A DNA stretch of 62,897 nt, filler included, from Platydemus manokwari (taxonomy: Eukaryota), in assembly GCA_037951405.1 (NCBI GenBank). It is 5 parts of 5 records of this genome, joined end to end, with 100 filler letters (N's around TTAATTAATTAA, not from the genome) between each part and the next. Parts side by side here need not be neighbours in the genome. Positions count along the whole stretch, not along the records: positions 13,985 to 33,068 come from JBBMOY010100009.1; 4 more parts are not named here. One strand, written 5' to 3'. The notes beneath the pieces are model-generated. The model was not told the origin of the DNA and searched no databases. It worked only from the letters and a program-made list of their open reading frames with translations. Positions 13,984 to 28,500 of this stretch are shown here, one piece after another (within the stretch, counting starts at the first letter, position 1; every line of letters begins with the position of its first letter). The position numbers and the translations under genes were made by a program.

Positions 13984-15139
13984 NGTAATTAATTTATTAA
14001 TAATTTAACTTCAATGGTTGTGGATTTTAAAAAATATGCCACGTTATATTTATAAATCATAAATGAATAAATAAACTATATCAATAATTAAACACAATTT
14101 TAAAAATAATTTCTACAATAAAATATGGAATGGTATACAACGATGAAAAATTACCAAACAAATTTACTGAAGTTATTATAGAGAATTTTATTGTCATTGA
14201 TTCTAATAAGGTAAACTATATTAGGAGACGTTTTATGCGACAAAAGTCTTTTATGTGATTGGGTATAATGTTCTAACAATCACGTGCTGTCGCTTATTTT
14301 ATCCGAAAATTAAAAATTATTTATTGATTGGATGGGTTCAAATTTGTGAAATAGTTTAGAAAATTTACTAAAATTAAAATTTTACTGTAATGAAATGCGT
14401 GATAAAAATTTAAAATTCTAAGAGTGAGAACACAGTTTTCAAATTTGATTGCAATATTAGAACTGATTTCTACTTAATCAATAATTCTTCAATAATTACT
14501 TTTTTCTTTGGAAATTAATACGATTATTTGCACTTTGTCCAATGAATCGGTGATGAACAGTACTTGACTCTTTTATTAGTAACTTAGAAATTCAATAAAT
14601 GTGACACGATTTAATAAATGACTAATTTATTTTGAGCATTTTTATTTAATGATCTACACTTGTTTATTACAACTTATTTATTCTATTTCTGTTTTCTAAG
14701 TGCCATTATTCTTCTACTTTAATGTTCTACTAATGCTATTTTTGTATCATTTTCATATCAGTTTTAATTTTTAGATGTTCCTTTATTTTTCATCTATTAA
14801 TAACTAACCCATTTAATTAAATCTATTTTTGTTTTTACATAATTATTTTAATATAATTATTAAATTTAACATAATTATCTTTTCTAAAAATTTTTAAAAA
14901 AATTGTTATCATTGTAATTATTGGGATGAGGATGCCTCTCACTAAAATTTTTCATTTCAAGAAATTATTATTTTTAAAATTATTTATTTTTTCCTGGATA
15001 GTTTCTTTATGCATATACATGAAATACAATGAAATTTTTCAGATTTATATAACATTTATAAAAGACTTAATGTTTCATTCGAAAATTGTTACAAGTAATA
15101 TCAAAAGATAATGCAATAATGTTAGATTTTATACAAACT

Positions 15140-18100
15140 ATATTTGTTGGTTATTCACCAGTCTCATTGCAGGATTTTCATAATTTTGCAGGCACTGCTT
15201 TCCTGTTTCATGTTTTGTGAACTGAATGGCTGTGATAAGCCATTGTTTACTATATAGGCATAATGTGAGTCATAACATGCGAGTGGTAAAACTGGATATA
15301 AAGTTGTTGCTTCGAACTCGTTTAAATCCAATACTGATATATAGTCAACCGATTCGTTTTTTTCTCTTATTTCGCTTGTTAGCTGCGTCAAGTATGTAGC
15401 GGTGAAAATCAATTCATAGGTGTGGTTAGTGCCGTTATCCAGAGGGTCTTTGAATCCATATCTGGTTTAATTTCGTATTGTTAATCAGAAAAATGTTTTC
15501 TTTGGTAAAATCTATGTAATTTTATCAGGTATATAAATACCATGAATGTACGACATGTTCTTGTCATTCAAGTTCCATATTTTGTATATTTCTAATATGT
15601 CAAATGAATTTTACCACGCCGGTAGCCTTTTGGGTATTTTAGATGTTTGATTTTGTATCAATTTCTCTTTTAGTTTAGATAATTGTTGTATCGCGGGGAA
15701 TGTGCATATATTGTTTTGTTTAGGTTTGTATAACTGATGTTTCTGATTCCTGGAATTCGGTAAATGAGAAAGCTGAGAGCTTCTAATTATTCAATTGCAT
15801 CATGCCCTATTTCTGTTAAAGAATTAATTTACCTATTTAATAAATGCTTGCTTATTAGAAGCATTAAGTAAGAGTTTATCTGTAAGGTGATCGGACCCCT
15901 GATTTTGTCATTGGTGCATGTCGAGCCGTGAAAGTTATCAGAGTATTTTATCACTTAATCTAACATGGTTGCAGCTCATACAACTTTATTGGCAGTAACT
16001 TCTATGATTTCTATCATTCTAGTACCAAGGACCGATGGGGATCCTTTTACTTCCTATTCAAACAAATACATAATTTCAAAACAACATATGATCTACTTGT
16101 GATGGCAGAATACCTTCTTTTGCTTTTATATTTAAAAATATGATAATAAACTACGATGTGAGAGCTGTCATTACTTCTGCACTATTGATCATTCGTGCTT
16201 TCTCGGGTAGGAGAGATGGAGCTAATTTTTTATGCTGAGAAAGTTAATAATTAATAAAGTTACCACATTTAAGTAAATTTCTTTATGTGACTTAGTTCGA
16301 TTTAGATTACTCTCATAAATTATTTCGGATGATTTAGAATAAAATAATTTTCAAAATTAAATTATAATATTTTGATTATAAGACTAGTCAAACTGAATTC
16401 CTTTCACAGTAACACAAATCAACTCAAATACTGAAGGGTAATCGATTTGTTAGTTTTCTTCATGTATGATAATGCCTTGTGATCAGTGCAAGCCACAAAT
16501 TTCTTTCTCAGTAAACAATGCTTGAAATGCATAATAAACTCGTAATTGCCAAAAACTCCTTCCTTGTGATATAATAATCTTTTTCAGGACTATTAAGAGT
16601 TCTAGAAGCATAAACTTCTTCTCTCTTCTTTTTCAGTGTCATCAAACTGGCTTAGAATGGTGTCAATCTCTCAGAAACTAGCGCCGGTATCTAAAATCAT
16701 CTCTTAGTTTGGATTTGGAAAGGCCATATCGGAGTCGTGCATAAATGTTCCTTTTCCAAAATTTTCCTCACACTCTGTAGTCTACTCCAATTTCTTGTCA
16801 CTTTCAGGCATCATCGCGAATAACGGATCCTTAATTAATGCGTAATCTTTGATAAATCGTCTGTAATAGTTGCGTAATTACAAGAATGACCTCGACTTGG
16901 TTATGTAATCGGGTTTATTGCTTCTTTAATCTTCTTCACCTTGTTATTAGTTTCTATACCTTTTGTACTAACCGTATGACACAAGCTATTCTATTTTCTG
17001 GATTTATTTTCAAACCTGATCAACCTAAATACTTTTTCGAGTTTCTCATTTTGCTCCTTTACTGTTCTTTCATACACCAAAATATCGTCCAGATAAATCA
17101 AATCCTTGAATATTAGATTCATTGGGCTCTGAAACATTGCTGGTGCGGTATATAGTCCAAATGATAGTCTGTTAGAACAGAACTGCCCAGTTCTCGAGCT
17201 GAACACCGTTTTCAACTTAGAATCTTTTTCAAGTTTGAGAAGACTGTTGCGCCATACACCGAGTCCAATAATGTTTGGATATCAGGTACCGGAAAAGAAA
17301 ACTTCTCAGTCTGTTAGTTTAATTTTTCTGAAGTCTGATCGATCTATCTTTCTTAGGAAAAACGACCAAAGGCGAGTTCCAAGGGCTTTTGCAAGGCGTT
17401 ATGACATTAATTTCGAGAAGGTTTTCTGTCAATTCTTGAATTTTGGTTTCTATATGTAATGACTGTCTTCTGGGGTTTTGTGTAATAGGTTATCCTTTTG
17501 TTTGGATCTCGTGCTTGACCAAATCTGTTAGTCCCAAATCGAGCCGAGAAGCCATAAAAATCGAGCCATTTTTTTATACATTTATTCAATGAAATATCAT
17601 TCTTATCAGTAATACTCTTCAGTGCCATTTAATTCTGTCTTGGTCTCTGTATTTCTTTGGCATCAATTGATTATATCCCTGCTAGGAACATTCTACAAGT
17701 CTTCATTATATGAACTCCTCCGATAAATCCTGGTGAAATTTCTTTTACTACAATAATCTTTTTGGTAGAATTTCTCTTAATTTTTCAAGACTCGATTGAT
17801 CTATATACACCAGCCAATCGAATATCAGAATTTTTTAGTTGAGGCTTTCTAATTCGCATCCAATTGCTCTCATTCATTACTGCTATCGATGCACCAGAAT
17901 CCCATAACATTTCAATCTGTGTACCGTTACAATCAATTTTACTCAATTGTCTACCATCTGCTTTTTGATACATCTGTGAGTGCTTCCTCTTCATCTTACC
18001 GCCTTCCTTCTTTACTTCTATTCTATTTCTAGCTGATATGTGTCCTTTTGAATCAATCTCACTGATGAGATAGGCACAGGAGGTTGATGTCAGTTTTTTG

Positions 18101-19045
18101 TCTCCCATGGCGAATGAGCTAACACAGTGACCTGCTTCACTTTATGTCTGTATATCGACTCCATCTTCTTCGTCATGGATGCTCAGAATTTTCCTCGAAC
18201 TATTGTAAATAGGCATTGTGGCTAAATGACATTCTCTGAACGAATGCCCTTGTTTCCGCAAATTAAACATTTATTTGGAAGTGAACATTCAAAAAATCGG
18301 TATCCAAGCTCATCACAACAAAAGCCACTTCCCAGTTTTAGATAATTATCATGCAGTGTAAGTTTTCCTCTACAATCGTTGTAGAATTTAGACGCAATAT
18401 CCTTCATTGATCTTGTCGGTCTCGTATTGTTTGGAAATTCCACGTGATTAACTGGTGTCCATTGATATTCCTTTACACCAAAATCTCTTTCCTACATGAC
18501 TGAATTTGGCTTTTTGCTTGAAGTCTGCAACGTTTTTCTTCAATTACTTTCATATACCGACTATGCATATGTCTTCTTGATGACGTTTATAGGCTTCATC
18601 AAACTTATCTTCTCTTAATTGACACCTGACTCTCTCCGCCTATCATCGGAAATTTCACTTTCTTGCCATTTAGTCCTTGCAAAATAAATAGTCTTGAAAT
18701 TTCTTCAAGAGTGTTTTTCTTGTCGAATATCTCCTTCACAAGTTTCTTTACCCGAGGTTCATAACTTTTGTACTCCTCACCGGGTCTTTCCCGCATTGCT
18801 GCCAGATCCTGAACGTTGTCATACACTGTCTTGGCATGTAAGAAAGTTTCCAAAAACCATTTATCAATTTCTTCATTTGAAATAATTTCTTTGATACTGC
18901 TATATTCTTGCCACAGTTGTTTGGCGTCGTCTCTAAACAGAATGCAAATGCAAATGATAGTTCCATTTGATTAAATGTGGCAAAATCTTTGGTTATTTTA
19001 AACCATTTTTCAGCATCTTGGATTGGTACATCGAAGAATGGCGAT
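15140..19045 (-). mobile_element. Decayed Ty3/gypsy LTR retrotransposon internal region (gag-PR-RT-RNaseH, integrase largely deleted, possible extra ORF)
   Basis: Order on minus strand: gag (18600-19045), CCHC-like knuckles (CDELGYRFFEC, CLICGNKG), protease MLWDSGASIAVM, RT FGLYTAPAMFQ...YLDDILVY, RNase H ILDTGAS...ILSQ...YASRTLNSPEKDYYITRKEFLAI, then KKLAP. LTRs not identified. Confidence 0.92.
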
Positions 19046-21239
19046 AATTTTTTACTAGTGCTTGCACTTTTGTGACAACCTCAAACTTGTTACGACTATT
19101 TTTTGTGTGTTTTTTTGAATTCCTTGATATTTTTTTCAAAATCGAAAACTAATTATCATGATGTTATTTTAACATTCATCAAGATCTTACTATCATAATT
19201 TACTGCTACCACTGTTAGTGGAGATCTGGATTGTTTCAGATCTCCTACGGTTGGTTTATTTTTTTATTATTTAGAATATACATAGTGGCTCAATTTCCAT
19301 TGGATAGTGTCCTTCAACCAGTTTTTCTGTGATTTCATCTGCTATCCATGCTGGTAAATTTGTTACTATGATTCGAGTATTCTGCTTGCATTTCCTACAA
19401 AGTTCCTGATTCTGCCTCGAATATTCATCCATCACGATGGTAAAGGTGTGAAAATCCCATTTACCTATTTAAAATGCTTGAGGAACTCGGTTATTTTATT
19501 TGGGTTCCTTCTGATGATCTCTAATAGATGAATTTGATTCTTCAAATCTGTGGTCCTTGTGTTGTTTGATATTTCTTATTTTTTGCGATATTGAACATCG
19601 GAAGCCGCTTCGTTCGCGTGATCAGCTGTTGAAAAGCTGCAGAGCATTTTATTGATCGTAGGGTTTGTTTTATGCATGCTGTTTAATGGTAAATCAAAAA
19701 TTGTTAGTAAAGTGTGAGTTTAATAATTTTTTAAAATCTTTTATACTTGGCGTGTTCGTGTGTGGGTGCTTATATATGTAATTGTGCGTTGAGTATAAGT
19801 GTAAAATTAGCAGGTGTAGTCAACTGCCAGTCTCCACCCCACAATTTCGACGAGGAATAAAATAAAATCTCACAATTACATTATCATGCTACAACGTCAA
19901 TAATCGATGATTGTTAAGTGAATAGTAATAATCAGCAATTTGAATAAAATAATTTTAACAATACTGTTATAAAATAAATGATCAGCTGAGAAATCTATAC
20001 TGAATTGTACCTACAGTTATATTGAAAAACCTCGAAATGCATCATGCTATTAGTATTTAATTACCTCAGACTGAAGAGATTGTCAGACAACCTGGCAAAG
20101 CAGTCAGTGTACGGAACAGACACAATACCTATCATATGTGCAGGAACCAACTCAAATAGACCTAACACGCACAAGGATGAAACAACTTGAAATTTACAAA
20201 ACAGGATACAAAGCATAAGCTATACAGCTATAAAATTTACAATATTATCAAATGACTTATTATTTTAACGTGACAGTATTTTGTGGTCCCTTTTTCTATT
20301 TTTTATTTTTCATTATTATTTTATGATCTTAACAATCCTAATATACCATTTACGAAACTTTTAAATAACAAATTGCTGTTTTGACTTTTAATCATTATTT
20401 TGGACGAAAATTCTAAAAGTTAGAAATATATGATAGAATCATGAAATAAAATTATGATTAAGAAGTTAAAATGAAATTGAACTGAAATTAATTAAGCTCG
20501 TATTTATAGAAATACAAACAAAAATAACGCCTCTATTATGATTTAATTTTAATCTGATTGAGAAACAAACTTGATCAATTTATAATAGAGAATAAAATAA
20601 AATCTATTGAACCAACGGTAACTATAAACATTGAATTGCAAAATTCACCAACAAATTGCTATCTTATGGCAGAATATTTGTTACGCTTTGCTCAAATTTA
20701 GTCTCGTTCAATAAAAGTTTAATTGTAAATAATCAAATGACAGATAAACTATAAGACTATATTGAATATTTTAGTTCACTCAACAATAAATTTATTGAAA
20801 TTTTGTGATATATATTCTGAAAGAAAAAACTACTAATGATGTAGTCTAGTGATCGATCATCAGCTACCTTTCAAAAAATAGAAATGTATATGTGTAGTCT
20901 TATCCTATCTATTCAGATAGAAGACTCAGATCACTTAACAATTGATGAACCTATTCCGTTTAACTAAAGCAAATCACTTTGTTTCATCATTTTGATTAAT
21001 TGGATAATAAAAAAGAATTGATTCTGAATTTCAAAAAAGTTTCGCTCGTGAATAGTCATGAAGTTGGTTCGTACTTCAAGTAAAGTTTAATTCATGTGAA
21101 AAAATATTTGACCGAAATTACTTTCAATATTACAGTGTAAATGTTTGAAAATTTTGTACAGTACTTTAATAATGTAATATTAGTTGTTCTTATAAAATAA
21201 TTATAATTTTTTTGAGTACAAATCTACTTTTTTCTAATA

Positions 21240-21400
21240 TTAATTGTATGGGTATTCGCTTATTTTCATTATTTTGCAATTTGACCTACTTTGCAAATAA
21301 TTATTTTCTATAAGATTTTAAAGTTTAAAATTATTTAATTTTTTATTTAAAGCAACTATAATTCTTTTTAGATACTAAAACCGATAACTCAAAATGATAT
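21240..21400 (-). repeat. Dispersed repeat, copy D (partial)
   Basis: ttttgcaatttgacctactttg is the reverse complement of the core of copies A/B. Confidence 0.65.
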
Positions 21401-21626
21401 TAGTTAATATAATTAATTAAACTACATAGATTTTGCAATGCACTCAACAAATTTAAAGTTAGTGTCAGAAAACCTTTTAACCTAGGCTGTGTGTTATTTG
21501 GCTATTTGTTATTTCTTGGAATTTGAATAAATGTAAGATTTTATTTTATTATAGTTTTTATTAATAAACATCTCTAAGTTTAATCGCTTATTTTTAAATG
21601 ATTTTAGAGTATTCATCTAACAATTA

Positions 21627-24600
21627 ATGTTACAACAACTTAATGCATATTTATTTAAACCTAAGTTTAGTCGATGGCGTATTTTCATGATATTGTCATC
21701 TCTGTTATTTGCCATTTATTATGCATCTAATAAGCGAATAAAATTTTCAGTCGTTTCACCGAAACCTAAAAGGAAAAGAAAAAACATGTTTGAAAAAGTC
21801 TCAAAATTATTTATTGATTTAGCAAACCATGTTAGTTATTTATAATTTAATAATTGTTCAATGATAGACGTAGGAAACAAATAATGGAAGAATTAATATT
21901 TGGATTTTGAACAAAGACGCATGTAAAGATAAGATTATTCAAATGATTAATGATGGATTTGACAACTTGCAGGTAAATTCACTGTTTGAAAAGATTTGAT
22001 TTGATTTTTGAACCTGAATATTTAAAGTAAATATTTCTAACATGCTAATTATTAAGTTTGAAGTTTATAATTTCTTTAATAGTAGTATATATATATATAT
22101 ATATATATTGTTGTGTTTATAAAGTATCCGAAATTTTGACAAATGATTATCATTATTGTATTTCATTACTTTTATAAACATTATTTGGTTTTAAAGTAGA
22201 TTTTTGTACAACCGCTATCAAATTAAATTTTCGAAAGATTCTAAAGGTTATTTTTAGCTAATCACAATACAACAGATTCAATCTCATTCGTTAATAAGTG
22301 AATGTCAGAGAAGTTACTATGTGTCTTTGGTGTACTTTACATCTCTTTCAGTGTACTGATACTGTGCGCAATGGTCTAAAAGTCTTATAGAGAATTTGGC
22401 CGGATGATATGATTTTTCAAAATATCATACACAAATATGAAAAAAACGATATGAAAATAATATAAATGTTTTTTAATAAAGTCTATTATATGTTATTAGA
22501 GAGTTTGATAAATCTTTTCTTTTACGGAGTCCATGTGTTGTGTGGAAACAAATGACATGTATTGATATACCTAATATTCTAAAATGATTTCAATTTACAA
22601 ATAAAGAATTTGAATTAGATAAATTATTTTGTGAAAAACTATTTATTTTATATGGGCATATAACCTAGTTTATGACAATTTAATGGATTCTTAATAAATG
22701 TAGCCTATTTTTTGCAAGTATCGTCCTTAACTGGTTTAGTTAATTACATTAATCTAAATTGCTTCAACCATCATTTCTTTATAAAGGTTTTCAAATTCCT
22801 AGAGCGCCTGAAGAAATATTGATAATAGTTTTTAAAACATCTGACTCACTCATAGCACTACATCATAACCATGACATTTATATTTGATTTGTGATATCAA
22901 TTGAGTGTAGGTTGTTAAATTATTGTTTTTTATTGTATTATCTTTCATGAAATATAATTATATTTTATAATTATTATTCATTATCAGGTGATCAGTGATT
23001 TTGACAGAACTATGTCTTCCTATATGTATAATGGTCGACCAAATTTGACTTCTCACGGTAAATGTCTACTAGGAAAATAATGTTAATTATTTCTTTAATA
23101 CTTTTGTTAGGCGTATTGGAAACTGATCCAGAAATACCAGAAGATGCTAAAATACAAGTTAATTATTATTATAAATTTAAAAATAATATAATCTATTTCT
23201 AGATGAATTCTCTGCGAAATCATTACTATCCCATCGAGATAGATTTTACAATACCGGATGTTGAAAAAATCCCATATATGATTGAATGGTTGTGATATTC
23301 GGAATTGTTAATTATTTATTACCTTCATAATATTATTTTACAGGTGGTCAAAGGCACACGAACTATTGATTAATTTGAGATTGCGAAGAGATGTATTGGA
23401 AAGAACCGTCAGAGAGCATAACGTTAAGTTGAGGTTATTATTTTCACTTTATTTGTCGTAAGAATTTAGTAAACAAGTTTGCTTAAGTTAAAAAAAGAGA
23501 GTCATAAAATAAAATTTTTAATTATTTATTGAGTGTATTGCAAAAATGTATATAGTTTATTTAGATAGTTCATTAATAAAATTTTGAATTTTTATTGAAG
23601 TGCTTAAAGGAGAATTTTCGTTCTTTAAAATCAAGTATTTAATGCATAGGATCTTTAAAATGCCCTAAAATTTGATTATTTGAAAACGGATCAAAGTAGG
23701 TCAAATTGCAATTTATTGAAAATTAGCGATGGCCCATTTTTAACATCAGAAGCAAATTAAGAGATATTCTAAATTTGTACGATTATTTAATAAAAACAAG
23801 TAATATTAGATTATTAAACAATTCAAGAGCTTACTAATTCCATTTATAATTAAAAAATAATAATTTACAAAATCGCAAGATCATCATCAGTTTGGTTTAT
23901 TAATTCTGTTTGACGTCTTGTGAAGTGAGCTATTACCTGAACTATATGAATAAATTAAAAATCATAAATTAGTGAAAAATATAATCAAAAGAGCAAAATA
24001 TTTCAAATTTTTTATTATATACAATTTGGTGGTATATTCATTTCTTATTATTTTTATTCCAAAGCTGATGTGTGACAATCATAGATAAGGAAGATTAACG
24101 TTTAAAATATTACTTTATATTTAATCTAAATACTAAATTTAAAATTATTTGTAAAAATATGAGAAAATTATGCATAAAATTAGATTATAAAATTGCATCA
24201 TACTCGAAAATTCATTATTATGAAAATAGGTCACATGACTCCTTTTCTTAACTTGAACCGATAAGATCTAAAATAATAATAGTAATAACAATAATTGAAC
24301 ATAATAAATCAAATATTTATTTCTCGCCATTATTGGTGTAAATTCCATTGATTGTAATATTATATAGTTATTTTCACCTCAGCTAAATTCGCAAATATAC
24401 AAACCATATAATTAGCATTATCAGCTAATTCAGACAATTATTCAATCTACCTCAAATTAATGTTTGAATTTAAAGTATTTGTTAGAAATTCAATTAATTT
24501 TATGATAATGACGTCATATTTGTCGTTTAGCAGAAGTTTGCCAATTTTGAAAGTTATGAAATTCCAATAAAAATTACGATTTCGATAATTTTTTAAATAT

Positions 24601-25452
24601 TATTATTTACTATAATTTTTAATTTATATTTCTTTTTGAATTTATTGTTGTATATTATTATTTAGATTTAAATTATTTAAAAATTATCTAATAAGATCTT
24701 TTGCATTTGAATGTTGTACTGCGTAAAAGTATGACGCTTTCAAAATCACATTTTAATTAAATTATTGATATTATAAACATGTAATAAATGCATTTTTATG
24801 AAATGACAGTTACAGTAATGATACTAACAATAAATAAATTATTCAAAAATTATAAATTGTTTCATTTAAATTAATACTTTTTCATTAGAGAGGGTTGCGA
24901 TGAATTCGTGTGTTTATTGAATCTCAAACAAATTCCAATATTGATATTTTCCGCTGGAGTAGGCAATGTTATAGAGGAAATTTTAAAAAACAAGCGCTTA
25001 CTCTATGACAACGTGCGTATTGTGTCAAATTTCATGAACTTTAATAATGAGGTATTGTTGATATTTTCTTGTGATTATTACATTTCAAATGTAGGGAATT
25101 ATCGATGGGTTTCAAAATGAAATTATTCATACCTTTAATAAATCGGCGAAATTTATACAAGATAGTGAATATTATGAAGAAATTTGTACGAAACGAAAAA
25201 ATATTATTTTATTGGGAGACTCTACTGGTGACATTCATATGTCAGATGGTCTCCCTAATGATATTAATGTATTAAAAATAGGATTTCTTAATAGCGATGT
25301 TATTTCTGTGTTTTTGGTTATATATTTCATATTAAAAAATTTAGGTGGAGAATCTTAGAGAAAGATACATGACCATGTTCGATATAGTTGTTGTCACTGA
25401 TGAGACATTTGTTGTGCCCAAATTAATATTAGATACAATCATTGATTGTTAA
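21627..25452 (+). CDS. NT5C3: Cytosolic 5'-nucleotidase III (pyrimidine 5'-nucleotidase, HAD family), 9 exons
   Basis: Exons 21627-21830, 21874-21972, 22988-23057, 23111-23157, 23203-23288, 23344-23433, 24889-25051, 25095-25298, 25345-25452 splice in frame. Motifs: LQ|VISDFDRT (HAD motif I), YYPIEID..EKIPYMIEWW, IFSAGVG, IVSNFM, IHTFNK, ILLGDSTGDIHM, LKIGFLN. Confidence 0.95.
23480..23800 (+). repeat. Dispersed repeat, copy B (in NT5C3 intron)
   Basis: gatcaaagtaggtcaaattgcaatttattgaaaattagcgat...ttttaacatcagaagcaa; aligns by eye to copies A and C. Confidence 0.8.
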
Positions 25453-25599
25453 ATTTAAATATTGTTTTATTTTTGAAATATATCTGTTTTAAAATTTTTG
25501 ATCTATCTTATTATTTTGCTTATATAGCTTTTGTTTTAATATCTAAATTAATCGCAACAGTACATCATATATTTTAAATTGGTTTCTAATATATAGAAT

Positions 25600-28500
25600 A
25601 TGTCAATTGGTAATGTCTTGATTATTTTATTTATTAAATTAAATTAAAATTTAGTATTACAAAGACCATCTCCAAAACCACGAGGTAAATAAATTTAAAT
25701 TCGTCTCATTAATTATGAATAATAAAATTAGGTCAACATAAGAAAACTATTGAAACAAAATTCACAGAGTAATTCTTAAATTGAAACAGATATTATAATT
25801 TTTATTTAGAAAATCAACTAATGATATTGAATTAAATGAGGAAAAAATGGTATTGTTTATTTTTAATAGTTATCTCTGTAGTTAAAAGTATTAACTTTAA
25901 TATTTATGAATTTGAAGCTTAATGATTTACGACAATCCATTGAGAAGTCGGCAAATGAAGATTTTGTGAAAAATAATTTATTTGAACCAAATGTTCCAGA
26001 TAAGATGGAAAAGCGCAGGCGTCACAGAAAAACTGTTGTTATTTTATAAGAATTAAATATGTTATTTCTAAATTATCAGGAAACTCTAGAAGGGAAAGAC
26101 AATGCATCTTTCGAGCCAGATGGTCATTTGGAATCTCAGCTAAAAGAAAATTTAGAGACAAAGTTCATTTTTGATTTTATAATATGATTTTAAGAATGAT
26201 AAAGATAAGCAAAAAAACCGTTAAAAGTCTTCTTAAGATTTTAATAGGTCATAATCTAGATTAAGCATATTCTTATCTGCCATTCTATCCCATTAATAAT
26301 AAATATATAATTCCCCTTATTATCATTAATGTTGCTAAGTTACATATACCATAAATTGTTTTGAATATTCTATTTAAAAAGAATTAAGAATTCAAAGTAT
26401 AAGAATATCAATCTGTGATAGACAATTTTACCAAGCGATTGCTACAATTAAAACGATTTAAACTCATTTAGCCTTAATACTTTTATTTCTAAGAATATTA
26501 ATCAATATAATAATTTCAAGTATATCTCTAATATCAATTGGTCTTTATCAAGTTGTATTTTGAGTGTAAGTCGAGTGTGTCCTGCGATGTTAACCCAAAT
26601 AAATAAGGCATTTTGTGCAAGCTATTAATTAATGCTTTCCCAAAGAATTCAATAAAAATATAATTTCCATAATTAATAAATACGATAATCTTAGGAAATG
26701 AGTATTTGTTTGCAAAATATAATGCAGAAATTTTTGAGAAAATTATTTAATTTATAATTTATTAAAATATTATCGATGATTCTGCGCAACAACTTTTCTG
26801 TCTAGAAATTTTTCTGTAAATGCATTTGTCAACATGTTTAAAAAACCAGATAAGTTGTATTGTAGAGAATGATAAATAATTATATTAGCTAATACATTAA
26901 TACAAATAACACTGAAAGTATTGGATGTTGTTAAAAATTGCTAAGTCATTCATTTATGATATCTACTGACAAATATACTTTGATGGTTGTCTATACTAAC
27001 AATGCTTTGTAGGATGACAATAAAATTTTGGCACTTCACTTACAGTTTTCGATATATTTTATTAAGGATACTTGATACTCAAATATCATTGTGATACTTT
27101 GAACTCAATTTGTTTATTTTTAGAGTCGACGAAGAAAAAATACACAGACGCCGAAGAAGACGACCAAAACACGAAGAGATTGAAACAAAAGTAAGAGGTT
27201 TCTGTTATTTATTTGAAGTGTTCAATATGTTTAAATGATTTTGTAGTATCAAATCTGTGTATTTGCCTCCTGTTGTGGGAATACATACATTAACATATAC
27301 AAACCTAAATTTAAAATTAAGATTTAGGAGAATTAAGGCAAAAGAAATATTCAAAATATTCACTGGATTTATCTAAGTCAATTACTTAAGAAAATAATAT
27401 CAATTTCACATTCTATGAACAAGCACACTACTGATAGATGCTGTTGACAAATATTATTATATTTTTCTTTAAATATCTTTAATGAGTGCGAACTTATTTT
27501 TTTCCTATCGAATTATTCTATCTTCATGGAATAAAGAGCAAATATTTGATTTGGTTTTGCTATATATAACTAAATTTTATTATTTGAAAAATATTGTTTT
27601 CATTTGACTTACGAAAAAGTCTGAAATAATATTATGTTGTAGAATATTCTATTTTTAAAATACCTGTTCTTTTCCAAGACACATTCGTATAAATGCCTGG
27701 TTTAAGTGAAATTAATTTTCAATTCCTTATGAAAAATAACAATAATTCTATCAAAGTTTCATTATAGATTACAAGACGATTTGTGAGAATTCTGATTCTT
27801 GATTTCCTAATTCAGTGAATCAAAATTCGGATTATAATTCTAAAGGAATAATCTTAACGAATTGTTTAAATCTTGATTTGTTAAATTATGATGTGAGGTT
27901 TTGGTTTATTTGAAATACAAAAGGTAGATTAAATTAAAATAATTTGATTCAAATCAAGGTATCAGAAATATAATTTCGTCGTTTTAGGTTGGATATTCTT
28001 AAATTATATATTTCCAAAAATATTATTCTATAATACAGGCTTTCAAAATCATATCGCTTTTCAATCACTATTTCATTTTCAAATTCATAACATTTTTGTT
28101 GGAGGTTACATAAAATTCAGTAGGAATATAAAACCTCATGCTTAATATAATATTGTCAGTAATTGCATTCTAAATGCAATTGATTTTCTTTGAAATCTAA
28201 AAATTTAACTCCAAAACATATTTTGGCATTAAAATTAAAAACAAAATAATTCTTCATTGTTTCACTTTATATTAAAAATAGTTATCAAATTCTTCCTTTT
28301 CGTTTTTAATATGGTGATTTGTTTTTAGAGATTTTTGTTGATGATATATTATATTATTTTCATTTAATTTTTCTTTCCTTCATTTCATATTGGATGAGTT
28401 ATTTGATTTAAATGTTAGATTAGTTTGAACGTACCTTTTTAAAAATATTTTTCCTTCAGTAAATATAATGTTATTCTACACATCAGGGAGCATCACTTTT

